DNA of 64,000 bases from Mobula hypostoma (GCF_963921235.1 NC_086116.1:57660001-57724000); one strand, 5' to 3'; shown: positions 36,687 through 50,422, numbered from the stretch's first letter. Numbers and translations: made by a program. The notes: a model not told the origin generated them from the sequence alone.

Positions 36687-38581
36687 CTGTCACCAGAACC
36701 GCAGGCACGATCAATCCTTACACAAATACACAAGCACATGGCTGGCAGTCTTACTTACCTCCTCCTCTCCTGAGAGTGCCATCACAGGTGATGATGTCCA
36801 CCATCCATTTGTGTGAACCTGGAATTTCTTGTCCGGTTAGTCAGCTGCATTCAATGTGATTCACTGTTTGAATTCTATTACACGTTCATGGGGTGTGGGC
36901 CAACAGATTTAACGCCCATCTCTAACTAGCCTTGCTTTCTGAAATCAATTCCGAGTCAGTCTAGCTGAGATTTCCCTCATATTACAGAATTATCGAATGG
37001 TTACAGCAAGAAAGAGGGTATTAAGACTGTTGAATTTCCTTTATCACAATGCTATTACAAGTTGGGTCTCTATACATTCGCCCCGTGGGGTGTGTGGGTT
37101 CCCCTGGGTGCTCCTGTTTCCTCCCACAGTTCAGAAACATACCAGGTAAGTTAATTGATCATTCTAAATTGTCCTGAGATTAGGTTAGGGTTAATCGGGG
37201 CTGCTGAGGCAGTGTGTGGCTTGAAGAGCTGGAAGGGTCAACTCTGCGGTGTATCACTAAATAAATAAAAAATAAATAAACAAGAATTCTACAAAATCAG
37301 ATCTACAAAACAATCCAGCTGGTCACACTCTCTTGGCCACTTCCCATAGCCATTCATGTTACTTCCATTAAGATTCAACTCTTTTGACACTAGCTGGATT
37401 GTAGTTCACCTGCAGCTGCACTTGTGTGAAATGAGAAACTGCTATGGGATTGTTCTGCAGAAACATGGCTCCAAGACAACATCCACGCACCATCAAACTA
37501 CAGGCCATGACACACAGGGACCTGAGCTAGGTTATTACTTGTTCTGTAACTGTGTTTTTCACCTATCATAATGATATGTGCGGCATGTGTGACTGTTGGT
37601 ACTGTGTTTTACACCTCGGCCCCGGAGGAACACTGTTTCGTTTGACTGTATTCATGTGTATGGTTAAATGACAATTAAACTTGAACTTGAACTTACAACA
37701 GAATCTGCCCCCACTGCTGCCCTGGCAATGTGTACCCCTAACCATTACTGTAAAATAGTCACTATTGTTTCTTCACAAATCACCTTTATTCTATGTCTTC
37801 TGGTGCTTAATCCTGCTGCCAATGGAATAGTTAAACTCTATCTGTTATGTCTGTACAGTTTGTGGTTTCTGTCAAATCTCCTCACAACATCGTATGGTCC
37901 TGAAGATCTAAAGAGCTTCTTCAGTGTACAACTGAAGTGCCTGAACCTGAGACAAATTCATTCTGACAAATCCTTTCTGCATCCTCTCCAAAGACTTCAC
38001 ATCTTTCCTTGAGTGTAGCACCTAGAACTGAGTTGAACCTGTGTTTTCTAATGGTTCACTATGATTTAATTTCTATTGGGCTTTGTGCCTTTGTTTTTAA
38101 AGACTAGGATCTTACATACTTATAAACCCAATTTCTCAACCTGCAACATCACTTTCAATGAACTCTGCATATATATTCCAAACTTTGTATGGTTCTGTAT
38201 CTCTATTCAACCATTCACTCTGTTCGTTACGATGAAGTTCCTCATAATTCTCAGCATTACATTTCTTCTGCCACCTTTTCACCCAAACCACCAGACCCTG
38301 TGTAAGGTCCATTCATACTTCCACAATTACAACTCTCACTGTTGGATTAAGACAGGATTAGACACAATAGTGATGGCTACAGTGGCCCAATGGCTCTCCA
38401 GATAATACTGATCTTGTCCAGCCTTGTTCTTATTTTAAGGCACTTCGAACTTTCCTCAAAACACACTGCAAAAGCATCAGCTTTACTGAAAAGCACATCC
38501 TTTAAGTCACAAAAGTAGACTTTAACTAGTAGAATAAGGCTGTTGAGGAGACAAGGAATTTTTAAAAATCAGCTCACAAAC

Positions 38582-38672
38582 CTCCAAAGCCAGCATCGAA
38601 GTTCCTGTTGGCATCAACCCCAACACATTTTCTTCCAGGAATTACGGACCTAGTCTTGCGCCACATTCGGTT
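38582..38672 (-). CDS. CPA2: CPA exon 8 (NRMWRKTRS...[15 protein letters not shown])
   Basis: Arg127, Asn144-Arg145; GT-AG boundaries. Confidence 0.95.
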
Positions 38673-39079
38673 CTAGAAAGAACACAAGATACTCATCCCA
38701 TCAGTAAATAGACAGCAATGTTGTAAATTCTATTCTCAGCTCAAAGAATACCAATACCCAGTCATCAGGAAACCACAGTGTTTGTCTTTTGACCTCACAA
38801 GGATGTTGTCATCCGCAGGGATGCTCTAGTACCCATCTCCCTAATTCTCTAGCTACATGTTTTTATGATTTTACAGCCTTTTCCTTTGATCTAATGAATC
38901 TTCCTCGTTTATCAAGATGGCTTAAGTGGATTTTAGTTTTGTTTTCAATCAGTATGACTACTTGTCAACGATGTATTAAATCTTTAAACATTACTCATTG
39001 CCAGTACACTGTCATGACCTTTAATGTAATTTTCCATTCTGTCAGACTCAATTCACACCTCGTCCCTCAGTAGTTTTTT

Positions 39080-39502
39080 TTCTATGTATTTAGCACCTTA
39101 GTTTTCAATGGAATTATCGATTTTTCCTTCCGGTGAACAAATTTGCCCTCCCCCTTCCTCCATACCACACTCTGACTTCTTCTCACTTGCCTATCACCTC
39201 CCCCTGGGTCCCCTCCTCCTTCCCTTTCTCCTATTGTCCACTCTCCTCTCCTTTCCAGCCCTTGACCTTCCCCACCCCCCCACCCCACCTGGCTTCACCT
39301 ATTATCTTCCAGCTAGGCTCTTTCCTCTCCCCCCACCTTTTTATTCTGGCTTCCTCCCCCTTTCCAGTCCTGATGAAGGGTTTTGGATTAAAACATTGAC
39401 TGTTTAAACATTGCCATCGATGCTGCCCGACCTGCTGAGTTCCTCCAGCATTTTGTGTGTTGCTCTGGATTTCTAGCATCTGCAGAATCTCTTGTGTTTT
39501 CA
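39080..39502 (+). mobile_element. Degenerate PLE pLTR with decayed hammerhead (39365-39402)
   Basis: Pyrimidine-rich body, cagtcCTGATGAagggttttggattAAAAcattgactg, PLE tail. Confidence 0.75.
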
Positions 39503-40907
39503 ATAGAATTAATTCACTTTGAATTTGTATATGATATTCATATTGTGATCACTGTTCCCTAATTGCCCCATAGTCATCAATTAACCCTTTCTTCTTACAC
39601 AATACTGGATCTAAAGTGCCCCAGTAAAGTCCAAGTATTACAGAGACATAACGCAGCAGATGCCGGAATCTGGAGGGAAATTTGATCCAGATGAAGGTCT
39701 TGACATGAAACAGTCCATTTCCCTCCACAGATGCTGCCTGATCTGTTCAGCTCCTCCAACAGGTTTTTTTGCTCAATATTACAAAATTCTTTTCAATTCA
39801 GATTGGGTCAGTTCAATGAAAAGAAATGAACTGGGAATGTTCGGGTCAGGGAGAAATGGGATTAATGCTTCAGGTGAAAAATGAGTGAGAGGGATGCGTC
39901 TGTGGCAGTGGAGAGGGCTTTGAACTAAATCTGCTTCCTCTTCCACAGACGTGTCTGACCTACTGAGTGTCTCCAACATTTTCTGTTTCATAATGAATTT
40001 CACGGCATCCAGAGCCACAGGGCACCGTATTACGGCCTTGTCATGAGGCCATCTTGAAAAGAGCCAGTAACATCATGAAGGATCCCATACCTGTTCTATT
40101 TGTCCCACTTCATCAGGGAGGGGTCTACGTAGCATCCACACCAGGACCCCCAGACTCAAAAACAGTTACTTTCCCCAAGCAGTAAGACTGATCAACACCT
40201 CCACCACTAGGTTATTATTTCCTGTCAGTCACCTGATAGACAGCCTAGCGACACTTTATGGGCATACAATCAATCTGTGTATATAAGCTAACACATGTAT
40301 TCATATTTATTGTGTGCTTTTGTATTATTATTGAGTTCTTTATCTTTCGTGTGTTTTCTTTGTGCTGCATCAGTTCTGAGTAACAACTATTTTGCCCTCC
40401 TTTACACGTGCACAGGAAATAACATTAAACAACCTTGAATCTTAATGGCAACCAAACAAAATTTCAAGAATGGTGAGGTTCATGAAACTGCCTGGGCAGA
40501 GCAGAGATAAGAGAAAGAGACACCAGTTTTCATAGCTTTTACAGGCTCTGAATATTCCAAATCATTTCACAAGAGTGAGAGCAGCTTCTCTGGAACTATA
40601 AAGACAGCAGATAAGGTTCACAAGATGGAGGACTCCTGGCCACATTCACCGGTGAACGAGTGAGAGAATTTGTGGCAGCTGTTCTCTGCTCATTTTCTGA
40701 GGTTGGGTTAAAATGTGATAAATCACCAGGCAGTTGGACTTCCTGAACCCTTACCCGTTTGATCAGCCCTCCGCGCTGACAATAAGGTGAAAAGTGATGG
40801 AGGTGGGGGTGTGGTGGTCAGTGCCTGCAATGGATAACCATACTGCCTGCTCCAGGGGTAACTTACAACAAGGCTAAACGATCAAGCAGGAAGCCTGTCT
40901 TACTGAC

Positions 40908-41018
40908 CTTTGTGTATGTGTATACATAGCCATCAGGGTTCACCACTATCTCCATGAAGATGTCCATCTTCTGCAACAGTGAGGTGATGAAGGGATCCTG
41001 GCCGTAGTCATTAGAGAT
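40908..41018 (-). CDS. CPA2: CPA exon 7 (ISNDYGQD...VNPDGYVYTYTK)
   Basis: NPDGY motif; GT-AG boundaries. Confidence 0.95.
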
Positions 41019-41294
41019 CTGTCAGAGAAAGAGAAGACATGTGGTTTCTGGTCCTGGGTTAAAGTCGGACTAACACTAGCAGACCTGATGCTCCAGAGGG
41101 GCAGGGATATTCCTGGCATATACAGGTCGGTATTGTGGCACCATTAAACCCCTGGGGAAATCCATTGGTGAGGAACACAACAGCAGAAGAGAGACACGGA
41201 CAAAGTAAAGAAAACAGGTAGAGAGGCTCAGCAGACAATACTCGGCAAACAGTGAGACTGAACAAGACACCAGCAGGAAAGGTAAAAATTCGCT

Positions 41295-41873
41295 TTACTT
41301 GTCACATGTACATCTGATCCCACCACCACTCACGCTCCCAATGAGTGTCCGTTACTTGTCACACATGCGTCTGGCCCCACCGCCTCGCACGCTCCCAATG
41401 AACTGTCCGTTACTTGTCGTGCACGTTTAGCCCCACTGCCTTACACACTCCCAATGAACTGTCCTTTTCTTGTCACACACACGTCTGGCCCCACTGCCTC
41501 ATACGCTCTCAATGAGTGTCCGTTACTTGTCACACGCGCATCTGGCCCCACCGCCTTGCACGCTCCCAATGAACTGTCCGTTACTTGTCATGTGCACGTT
41601 TAGCCCCACCGCCTTGCACGCTCCCAATGAACTGTCCTTTTCTTGTCACACACACGTCTGGCCCCACTGCCTCATACGCTCTCAATGAGTGTCCGTTACT
41701 TGTCACACGCGCATCTGGCCCCACCGCCTTGCACGCTCCCAATGAACTGTCCGTTACTTGTCATGTGCACGTTTAGCCCCACCGCCTTGCACACTCCCAA
41801 TGAACTGTCCGTTACTTGTCACACACGCGTCTGGCCCCACCGCCACGCACGCTCCCAATGAACCATCCATTAC
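41295..41873. repeat. 57/58-bp minisatellite (about 10 units, 173-bp higher-order period) abutting the CPA exon 6 donor
   Basis: Unit gctcccaatgaactgtccgttacttgtcacacgcgtctggccccaccgccttgcac-like; identical ORF translations offset by 173 nt. Confidence 0.93.
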
Positions 41874-41975
41874 CTTCTTTGCCATCCAAATGGCGCTGGC
41901 GGGGGACACCCACTCGCGGGCGTGGATTCCGCTGTCGATCCAGATGGCAGGGCGCTGGTTTCCTCCGGTGCTGAA
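41874..41975 (-). CDS. CPA2: CPA exon 6 ([34 protein letters not shown])
   Basis: Zn-binding His69/Glu72; GT-AG boundaries. Confidence 0.96.
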
Positions 41976-42357
41976 CTGCCCAAGAGGAGAGGTGGTTACA
42001 ACGAGAACAGCGGTCCGAGAGGATATTTCAGACATGACGACGGGGAGTTGGTACAGCTGAGGAAAGCATGAACGACCCCCTGCGAGTCCCAGTGAGGAGA
42101 CCACCCAATCCTGTGTTCATCTGCCAGGAGATGGGGCAACCTCCATCGGGGAGATGGATTGTAGGAAAATTTTCTTTCCTTGGTGCCAAAACATTCTCTG
42201 GGAGGGCCTTCTTTTAAAATCACATGAAGGTAGTTGAAACAAGAACCACTATATAAAAGTTCATCAATGGGGAGGTGATCTGGAATGGCATTGACCCTCT
42301 GGGTCTATTGATAAAGTGTGTTTGGTCACACTACCTCGCTGTCAGCCTTCCCCATAC

Positions 42358-42459
42358 CTTCAGCACGTAGAGTGGGCGGCCCTCGAACGATGTCCCGATC
42401 TGCAGCTTCTGAACCAACTCAGGAAACTCAAGAACCATACTGTCCATCCAGTAATAGAT
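42358..42459 (-). CDS. CPA2: CPA exon 5 (IYYWMD...IGTSFEGRPLYVLK)
   Basis: GT-AG boundaries; M14A motif. Confidence 0.95.
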
Positions 42460-42571
42460 CTGCAACAAAAGTGAGAGACGATTAAAAATTAACCACAAAG
42501 GAAAATACATTTTAAGTCTTGAAACCAGGTTGTCCACAAGGCATTGAGCCTGGGGAGGGAAACAGAGCGGA

Positions 42572-43372
42572 TATCACATACCCCGTGACGGGTTAAAGAA
42601 CCAGCAGAGATGGAAAACACTTTGAAGTCTGGTATTGCTACTAACGAATGGTACTTATTAGTAACTATGCAATACAGTAATATAAATGTGGATATCAGAC
42701 AGGTTAGCAATGATTATATATATATAAATAAGTGTGGAAATATATGAAAACCAAGCTTCTTCAATTCTAGGGGTAAATAGGTAGTCTTACGATGATGAGT
42801 AAAGTTCAGTTCAGTTCATGGTATTGAGTTGAGTAGTGATGGAGAGAGAGAGAAGGAGAGATTTGAGTCTTCAGGTGAGCTGACGCCATCAATCTTCCCG
42901 TTGTCCTCTGAAATCCCTTAGAAGTCACTGACTGTGACCACAACAAAGGGGACCATTCTTCTGTGGTGGAATTATCAACCCAGGTGAGGGTTGGTCACAC
43001 AAATAACTCCCCACCAGTCACTCCCTTTTCACAGCGCAGGAGCCACTGATCGATCCTCCAAAACCCACTTTTTCTGTGGGCACAACCAAGCTTATTCAGT
43101 GTCCAAAACCATGTGCCTCCAGGTCTATCATCTGACCTTCTATTCATCTCACTGTGCTGAATACTAGCTGTCCATCAAACAGCTCCTCCCTTCTCTCTCT
43201 CTGTAAGAACTTGGAAGTGGCTAATGTCCTTGTAGAAAGTGTAAACATGCTGTGAGCAGTCTTCGCCTCTCACTCTTTCTTTCTGTCTCTTTTTAACAGG
43301 GTGTCTGTGTTGGGCACCTCTCTCTCTTTTCCAAGAGCATAGTTCATAGGGGTAATTCAGAACTCTGTCACA
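42572..43372. mobile_element. Solo LTR (Gypsy-like), 801 bp
   Basis: Ends t(a)tcaca...tgtcaca with 4-bp TSD CGGA (42568-42571, 43373-43376). Confidence 0.75.
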
Positions 43373-46127
43373 CGGAGGAGATAAATTGGGTGGGGTCTGA
43401 ACAGCTGAACAGAAGTCTGACTATCCAGGATTAGAATGGAGGCTGGAAATGGGCTATATGTCTTTACAGTGAGCCAATGAAAACTTCCTAATCGGACGCA
43501 TCGCATCTCAGTGTGGAAACCGATCTGCTCATGCCTGCAAGAAATTACAGAGTCTAGTCCATCACAAAAACCAGCCTCCCTTCCACTGACTTGCCTACAC
43601 TTCCCACTGCCTCAGGAAAACGGCCACCCTAGTCTCGTCCCCTCCCATCCTAGTCATTGTCTCGTCTCACTCTTCCATTGGGAGACAATACAAAAGTTTG
43701 AAAGCAGTGTCTACCCTGCTCTTGTCAGATTCCTCAGTGGCCCTCCCAAACATTAACAAAGGAACTCCTGATCTCCCCAGTCTGCCTTGTCATGACCCCT
43801 GACACTTTATTTGTCAACCTACTCAGCACTTTCTCTGTAACTGCGACCCTATACTCTGCATTCTGTCTGTCTTTCTTCTGCCTCGTTGGAGGCCTGATCT
43901 GCCTGGATGTCATGCAAACAAAATCTTTTCACAACATAATAATAATAAACCAATAATGATCAATAACTGAAGCTGGTTTATGGAGGTGCAGCTGAGGAAA
44001 GCAGGAATGATCCCCTGCGAGTCCCAGCAAGTCCCAGCGAGGAGACCACCCAATCCTGTGTTCATCTGCCAGGAGATGGGCTGACCTCCACCGTGGAGAT
44101 GGAATGTAGGAAAATTTTTCTTTCCTTGGTGCCAAAACATTCTCTGGGAAGGCCTTTTTTTAAAAAATCACATGAAGGTAGTTGAAACAAGAACCACTAT
44201 ATGAAAGGTCATCAATGGGGAGGCTGCTAACCTCCCCAGATCCCCTGCCCTAGCTGAGCGGGACAGCCAGACCAGGTTAGGGTTGGTGCTTTCTGTGAAT
44301 GAGATTAAACAGGGGCCTGAGGCTGGGTGATCAGTTGAAAAGGCAAAGACCTGGGATGGAATATGTGGGTGTGTGGATCAGCCAGACATGAGTGTGGGAA
44401 GAGGAACATGCACCAGAGAATGCTTTTGGATTGTTGGAGGAACACGGAAAGGAAACTAACAGGAGAGAAAAACTTGACCTGGAATCACAGCCTCTGTTGC
44501 CTTGGGGAGGGGTGATGTTGGATTTCAGACACTAACACATATTCAGTCCACGACTAAGTTCAACGCATTAAGCAGTGGTCTGCGGCAGTACTCTTGGCTA
44601 CTGAAGATGTGTGACAGCATACTAGTAAATCATAAGGCAAGAGAATCAACTAAAAACACAACTTATAACATCTTTCATGAAGCAAATTGTGGTGCACTAT
44701 CACCACAGACTGAAAGGAGGCGAGGCTGGTTCGAGGGCATTGCGAGGCCAATGAGTTCGAACGGTGTTGGTATTGCCACTGGAGATGGAGTGAGTGACTT
44801 GGAGAGCAGTCAACGCAGAAGAGTTTTCATGCCCGTCCACCGAACCCGGGCACGAGGTTGGATTGATGGAAGCGCTGAGCCGATGTGGTGTGATTGAGAC
44901 AGCTTCGGGCGGGGTGGCCCAGGCGTATCGGGGCAGCAGGATCACAGCTCTAGAACGTGGAACTGCTTGGAGGCTGGACAATTTCAACGTCGGCCCAGAT
45001 AGACTCGAAGCCCCGAGTGTCGGGTACGGAGGCAAGGGTTAGGCTGATTTTGCTCGCTCTTCCATTCATTCCTTCACTGCGGCTGTGAACGGAGCCAGCT
45101 ACTGCGCGTTTCTACGCCACTGGTGTGAAAACTGGGGACCAGGGCTTGGCCTGGACCCACTCTGGGTGCCCAGGGCAAAGCTGGGACTCGTCTGGCTCGC
45201 GATGCTGTGGGCTTCCTTCTATTGTTCGCACAATGTGCTTTTCACCTCCCTCTTTCTCTGCGCAGTGGATTTTTTAAAATTTGGGTTATTTGAATTTCTT
45301 GCTTTGTGGTTGCCTGTAAGCAGACAGATCTCAAGGGCCATAATTTATACATTCTTTGATAATAAATGCGCTTTGGATCTTTTCTAAATGTTTTCTGGGT
45401 GAGGATATACTAATCAATCTAACCAGAGGCTGGCAATTCGAATAGGTAAGTTGACAGTGGTGTCGAATTTTGCTCTAGATACCCAACAGACCGCAGAAAA
45501 ATAAGTTTTACTGATTGCATTTACATTGAAACAACATGTGGAAAGCATTGTTTTGCGTCAATGACCCTCACAGTCCAAGGATATACTTGAGGCAGCCCAC
45601 AGGTGTCACCGCGTTTCTGGCGCCAACATAACATGTCGATAAGTTACTAACCCTAACCGTAGGTCTTTGGAATGTGGGAGGAAACTGGAGCAACCAGAGG
45701 AAACACACATGGTCATGGGACAACGTACAAACTCCTTGCAGATAATGACGGGAATTGAACTCTTAACGCTAATCACGAGAGTGGATCTTACACACCAATT
45801 ACTTTTACCAGTTATTTAATACTCTTGTTCCACCTGCTTTGGACTGAAAGATTTAGAGACATTGGCCAATGCGAGGGCACATGGGACTAATTCAATAAGG
45901 CACCTGATTTGGCGTGGACAAGTTGGACTGTTCCCCTGTTGTACAGTTCTATGACCCTGGAGTTTGGATCTACAGTAACGTCACATACTGACCAAAGGCG
46001 CCAGAAGCAGCCTGGTGCTAGTACTCTATCTACCAGTGTAGCCCTCCCCTGGCATCCCCTTCCCCCATTGCAGTGTCGCTATTCTTCAGCAGACAAATGT
46101 GAAGCAATTTCCCGAGTGTGTACACAC

Positions 46128-46226
46128 CTCCTCCAGAGTGTGGTATTGGCCGTAGTTGAAGGTGGAAGAGGTGAGTTCCATCAGGGTTGACTGCTCCGCT
46201 TCAATTTTCTCACTGTCGATCATCAC
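46128..46226 (-). CDS. CPA2: CPA exon 4 (VMIDSEKIEAEQSTLMELTSSTFNYGQYHTLEE)
   Basis: GT-AG boundaries; FNY..YHTL mature N-terminus. Confidence 0.92.
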
Positions 46227-46429
46227 CTAAAAGATGAAATGTGGATTTGTACAGGCCTTTCAAACTCTGACACCGTAGCACCAAAGCCCCCACAATATTT
46301 GTCTGAATGATGTTGGAAGGGAAGCGAAATTAAGTTCAATATCGGAACAATAATTCTTTTCTAAAGCATCATCTCTATCCCAGCAAAAGCCCAGTCTAAT
46401 CCTGAATGCATCCTACACTGACCCACCTC

Positions 46430-46730
46430 TCTCTACAACACACAAACACACATTCCCAGCTCACTGAAATGCATACCTATTTGTGTGTGTCTATCTCTCT
46501 CTCTCACACACACACAACACACACACACATTCCCAGCGCACTGAAACACACACCTGATCTGCGTATGTGTCTCTCTCTCACACTCTCTCCCACATACACA
46601 CAGTCCCAGCGCACTGAAACACACACCTGATCTGTGTGTCTCTCTCTCACACTCACACATTCCCAGTGCACTGAAACACACACCTGATCTGCGTGTGTGT
46701 GTGTGTCTCTCTCTCTCACACACACATTCA
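46430..46730. repeat. Compound (CA)/(CT) microsatellite-bearing tandem repeat
   Basis: tcccagcgcactgaaacacacacctgatctg motif about 4 times, between CA/CT runs. Confidence 0.85.
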
Positions 46731-47020
46731 GGAGTTGCTCGTTGTATAGTTCCTAATAGTTTTAGCAACTACTTATTCCCCTCCATCAGATTTCTAAAAG
46801 GTCCCCAAGCCCACGAACAGAACTACCTTGTTAGTCCTCTTTTGCATTTTTTTTCCATAACTCATCGTAATTTTTTATGTCTTGAACTGTACTGCTGCCG
46901 CGATACAACGTATTTCTCAAGGTTCGTCAGTGAAAATAAGTACGATTCTGATTCTCCTTTAGCACAGGCCACTGAAACTATTTGAAACCCTCTTTCTCAC
47001 AGCTTGGCTCACTGCTGTAC

Positions 47021-47155
47021 CTGCAAGTCTTCAATCATTGTTGAATACTCGATGCCATTGTGTTCCAGGAACACCTTGAAGGACTGAAGGCTCCCTTGAG
47101 GAACATGGACATCCATGGTGAGATCGGTCTTGACGGGACTCCGCCAGATGTCAAG
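47021..47155 (-). CDS. CPA2: CPA exon 3 (LDIWRSP...MIEDLQ)
   Basis: GT-AG boundaries; propeptide LD.W..P and MIEDLQ. Confidence 0.92.
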
Positions 47156-48553
47156 CTGGGTCGGGGGGGGGGGTGAAGAAGAACAAATACGGAATTTACA
47201 TTATAATTTACATTCCTTAGGATGTCACTATGACCATACTGTGGGCTATATCAACTCCTCCCTTGGAGGGTCAGACACCCTGAGCCAATAGGCTGGTCCT
47301 GGACTTATTTCCTGGCATAATTTACATATTACTATTTAACTATTTATGGTTTTATTACTATTTAATTATCTATGGTGCAACTGTAACGAAAACCAATTTC
47401 CCCCGGGATCAGTAAAGTATGACTATATCGACCAGCTCCCAGTATGAACTGCCAAATATCCTTCTGGTCAGATCCATGAATGTTTCAACAGTCATGGGGG
47501 GGGGGGAGTTTAGGACAAGAGGGTGCAGCCTCAGAAAAGAGGGATATCTCTTTAGAAGAGAGATGAGGAAGAATTTCTTTAGCGAGAGGGTGGTGAACCT
47601 ATAGATTTCATTGTCACAGGTAGCTAAGTCATTGGGAGGTTGATAGGTCCGTGATTAGTAAGGATGTGAAAGGTTACATAGTCATAGCCATAGTCATACC
47701 TTATTGATCCTGGGGGAATACAGTATTGATCCCGGGGGAAATTGGTATTGATCCCGGGGGAATACGGTGAGAAGGCACGAGAATGGGGTTCAGAGGAATA
47801 ATAAATCAGCCATGAATTGAATTGAATTGACTTTATAACTTATATCCTTCATATACATGAGTAAAAATATTTACGTTATATCTCCATCTAAATGTGCAAT
47901 GTGCAATTTATAGTAATTTATAATAAATAGTATGTACAATAGGATAGTCAATAAAACATTGAAATACAGTTGTGTCAGCGTGAGTTCATCAGCCTGATGG
48001 CCTGGTGGAAGAAACTGTTGGTTCTGGTTTTTATGCTGCGGTAGCATTTCCTGGATGGTAGCAGCTGGAACAGCTTGTGGTTGGGGAGACTCGGGTCCCT
48101 AATGACCCTTCGGGCCCTTTTATCACACCTGTCCTTGTAAATATCCTGAATGTGTGAACTGGCGGAGCAGACTCGACTGGTCGAATGACTGAATTCTGCT
48201 CTTATGTTCTATGATGTAATGAGATTATTCGGCAGCAGCATACAAAGGGTTCCGCTGTTTCAGCGGTACCAATCCCAACAGGACCGACCAAGCATCAGGC
48301 GGCGAGTGTAACACGCAGGCGATAGTGGCCGCCCATATCCCTCATGTCAGGTGTCTCAGGTGATTTTGTTTTCTACCAAGGGGGATTCTGGTAGCCGAAC
48401 CTGGGCCACTGCCAGCCTGGCTGGAACAGCGCTGAAGGACCGAGCTCGGCTGGTGAAAAGATCACAACAGGGCTCCCACTCACTGGGCAAGGGGCGCTTC
48501 ACGCCTGGTTCCCAGACACTTGCTAACCCAGCCACAGGTGAAGATGGCCTTAC

Positions 48554-48635
48554 CTGGAGATGGTCTTGTTCCTCCATGGACATCACCAGACCGGCTTGTT
48601 CCTCATCTCTGAGTGTGATGCGGAGCACCTGATCT
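48554..48635 (-). CDS. CPA2: CPA exon 2 (DQVLRITLRDEEQAGLVMSMEEQDHLQ)
   Basis: GT-AG boundaries; propeptide DQVLR motif. Confidence 0.92.
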
Positions 48636-49499
48636 CTGCAAACACACCAAGCAGCAACAGGATTTCACAGTCGCACCTGCTCTGTTCTGAACTATAAAGA
48701 ATGGGAGCCTACCATTTTACCAAGATCCCACCCTCCCACTGTGATCTCCCCAATCCCATAACACCGCCTCTCATCCCTCTACTGTTGTTTGGCCCGTTAA
48801 GAGTAATTTCCCTCTCATGGCCAGTCCTGTCTTCAACTGTTAATATTTAAGATCTGGAATCGGCCCGCTCAAATCCCAAGCTCCACACTTCAGTTGTAAA
48901 TATCCTCGTTAAGCTTCCTCTTTGACGGAGTGAGTGTGTGTTACGAAATGTTGTTTTGTTTCACCGTGAGGTACTTTGATGTACAGAGGGGCCACGCCAC
49001 GGGATCGGAGGGCTGCAGACTCAGGAGGCCCCATCGCGAGCACAAGCTTCCCCAGCGCCCGGGACACCTTCAAAAGGCGATGCCGCGGAAAGGCGACGCC
49101 TTGATCCGACATTGAGCTGGCGCCGCACACGGGACGTGCTGGTCACGACCGTCCGGGAGGAGGTACAGGGGCCTGAACCCTTTGTGAGCAGCTTCTCCCC
49201 CGCCGCCGTCAGATTTCTGACCAGTGAACACCACCTCGCGATGTTTGCCCTTTCTTCACTACTTACTCATTTTGTATATATTTCTATTTCATCGTTCGGT
49301 TTTATGTACTGCTGCCGCAAAACAACACATTCTAGACATATGTCAGGGATATTAAACCTGATTCTGATTCTTTGGCCTCGTTATTTCATTATTCAAATTC
49401 TTTAAATTAGTTATTCTGGACCAATAAATCTGGCGATGTCTTTCATTTCATCAGACATTCCGCTAGACAAGAGACTGCCCATGCCCGAACGCAGGGAGA

Positions 49500-49800
49500 C
49501 AAACTAGATGCTGGAGGAACTGAGTGGGTCGGGCAGCATCTGTAATGGTGGAAGGATCTGGAAAGTCGGGGTTTCGGGTGGAGGCCTTTCGTCTGGACTG
49601 GATCCTTGGGCTGATCGCAATGTCAGGGGGAACCACCGTGGCGCCACCGTCGTTCAGTTAGACAGGCGGCCGCGGACAACGAGGTCTCGGCCCGAAACGT
49701 CGACTGTTATTCATTTCCATAGACGCTGCCTGAGCTGCTGAGTTCCTCCAGCATTTTGTGTGCGGTGCTTGGATTTCCAGCATCTGCTGAAGCTCTTGTG
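49500..49800. mobile_element. Fold-back element of two inverted PLE ends with degenerate hammerhead halves
   Basis: Inverted arms about 49505-49600 and 49680-49760 (gctggaggaactgag... / ...ctgagttcctccagc); cccgaaacgtcgactg. Confidence 0.65.
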
Positions 49801-50422
49801 TCACGGGCAATGAGAGGCAGCCAGACCACTTCTCCAGTGGCCGCCTCTGGCTCTCGGATCACTGCTCTGGCCTTAGCTGGGTCGCCCGAAGCTTCTTGTG
49901 GGGTTGGGCTACTTGGATACGAGAGAGATTATCAGAAGTCAAACAGCACGGGAACACCATGTCCGTGTTGGCTGTCTATTCTAATCCTATTCCCCAGAAC
50001 TCGGCCTGGCATTCTAAGCGCTCGTCTCCAGAATCCTTCCATATTATGCGGATGTCTGTTCCCAGCTCTTGCCTTCAAACAGTGGATTCTGTGACTGTCC
50101 GAGCGCTGCGTGATCTGGGCCAGGGGTTCCCAACCTTGTTTATGCCGTGGACCAACAACGTTAAGCAAGGGGTCCATGTTCCCCAGCTTGGGAACCCCTG
50201 ACCTAGGCTCTCTCATTCACGCACTCGCGAGATCGGGGCCGTTACAGTCCACCTGTTGCTCCCCCTGTCTTCCTACATTCTGAGCGAGCCGAGGTAAATT
50301 AACTCGGCCAAGGTTGGACATGGTCTCAGGCATAATTACAATCCCACACCTAGATCCGCCTCCTTCTAGCCTGATCTGTAAACCCATACCAGGGAATGCA
50401 CTACCACGGGGTAAGAACTCAC

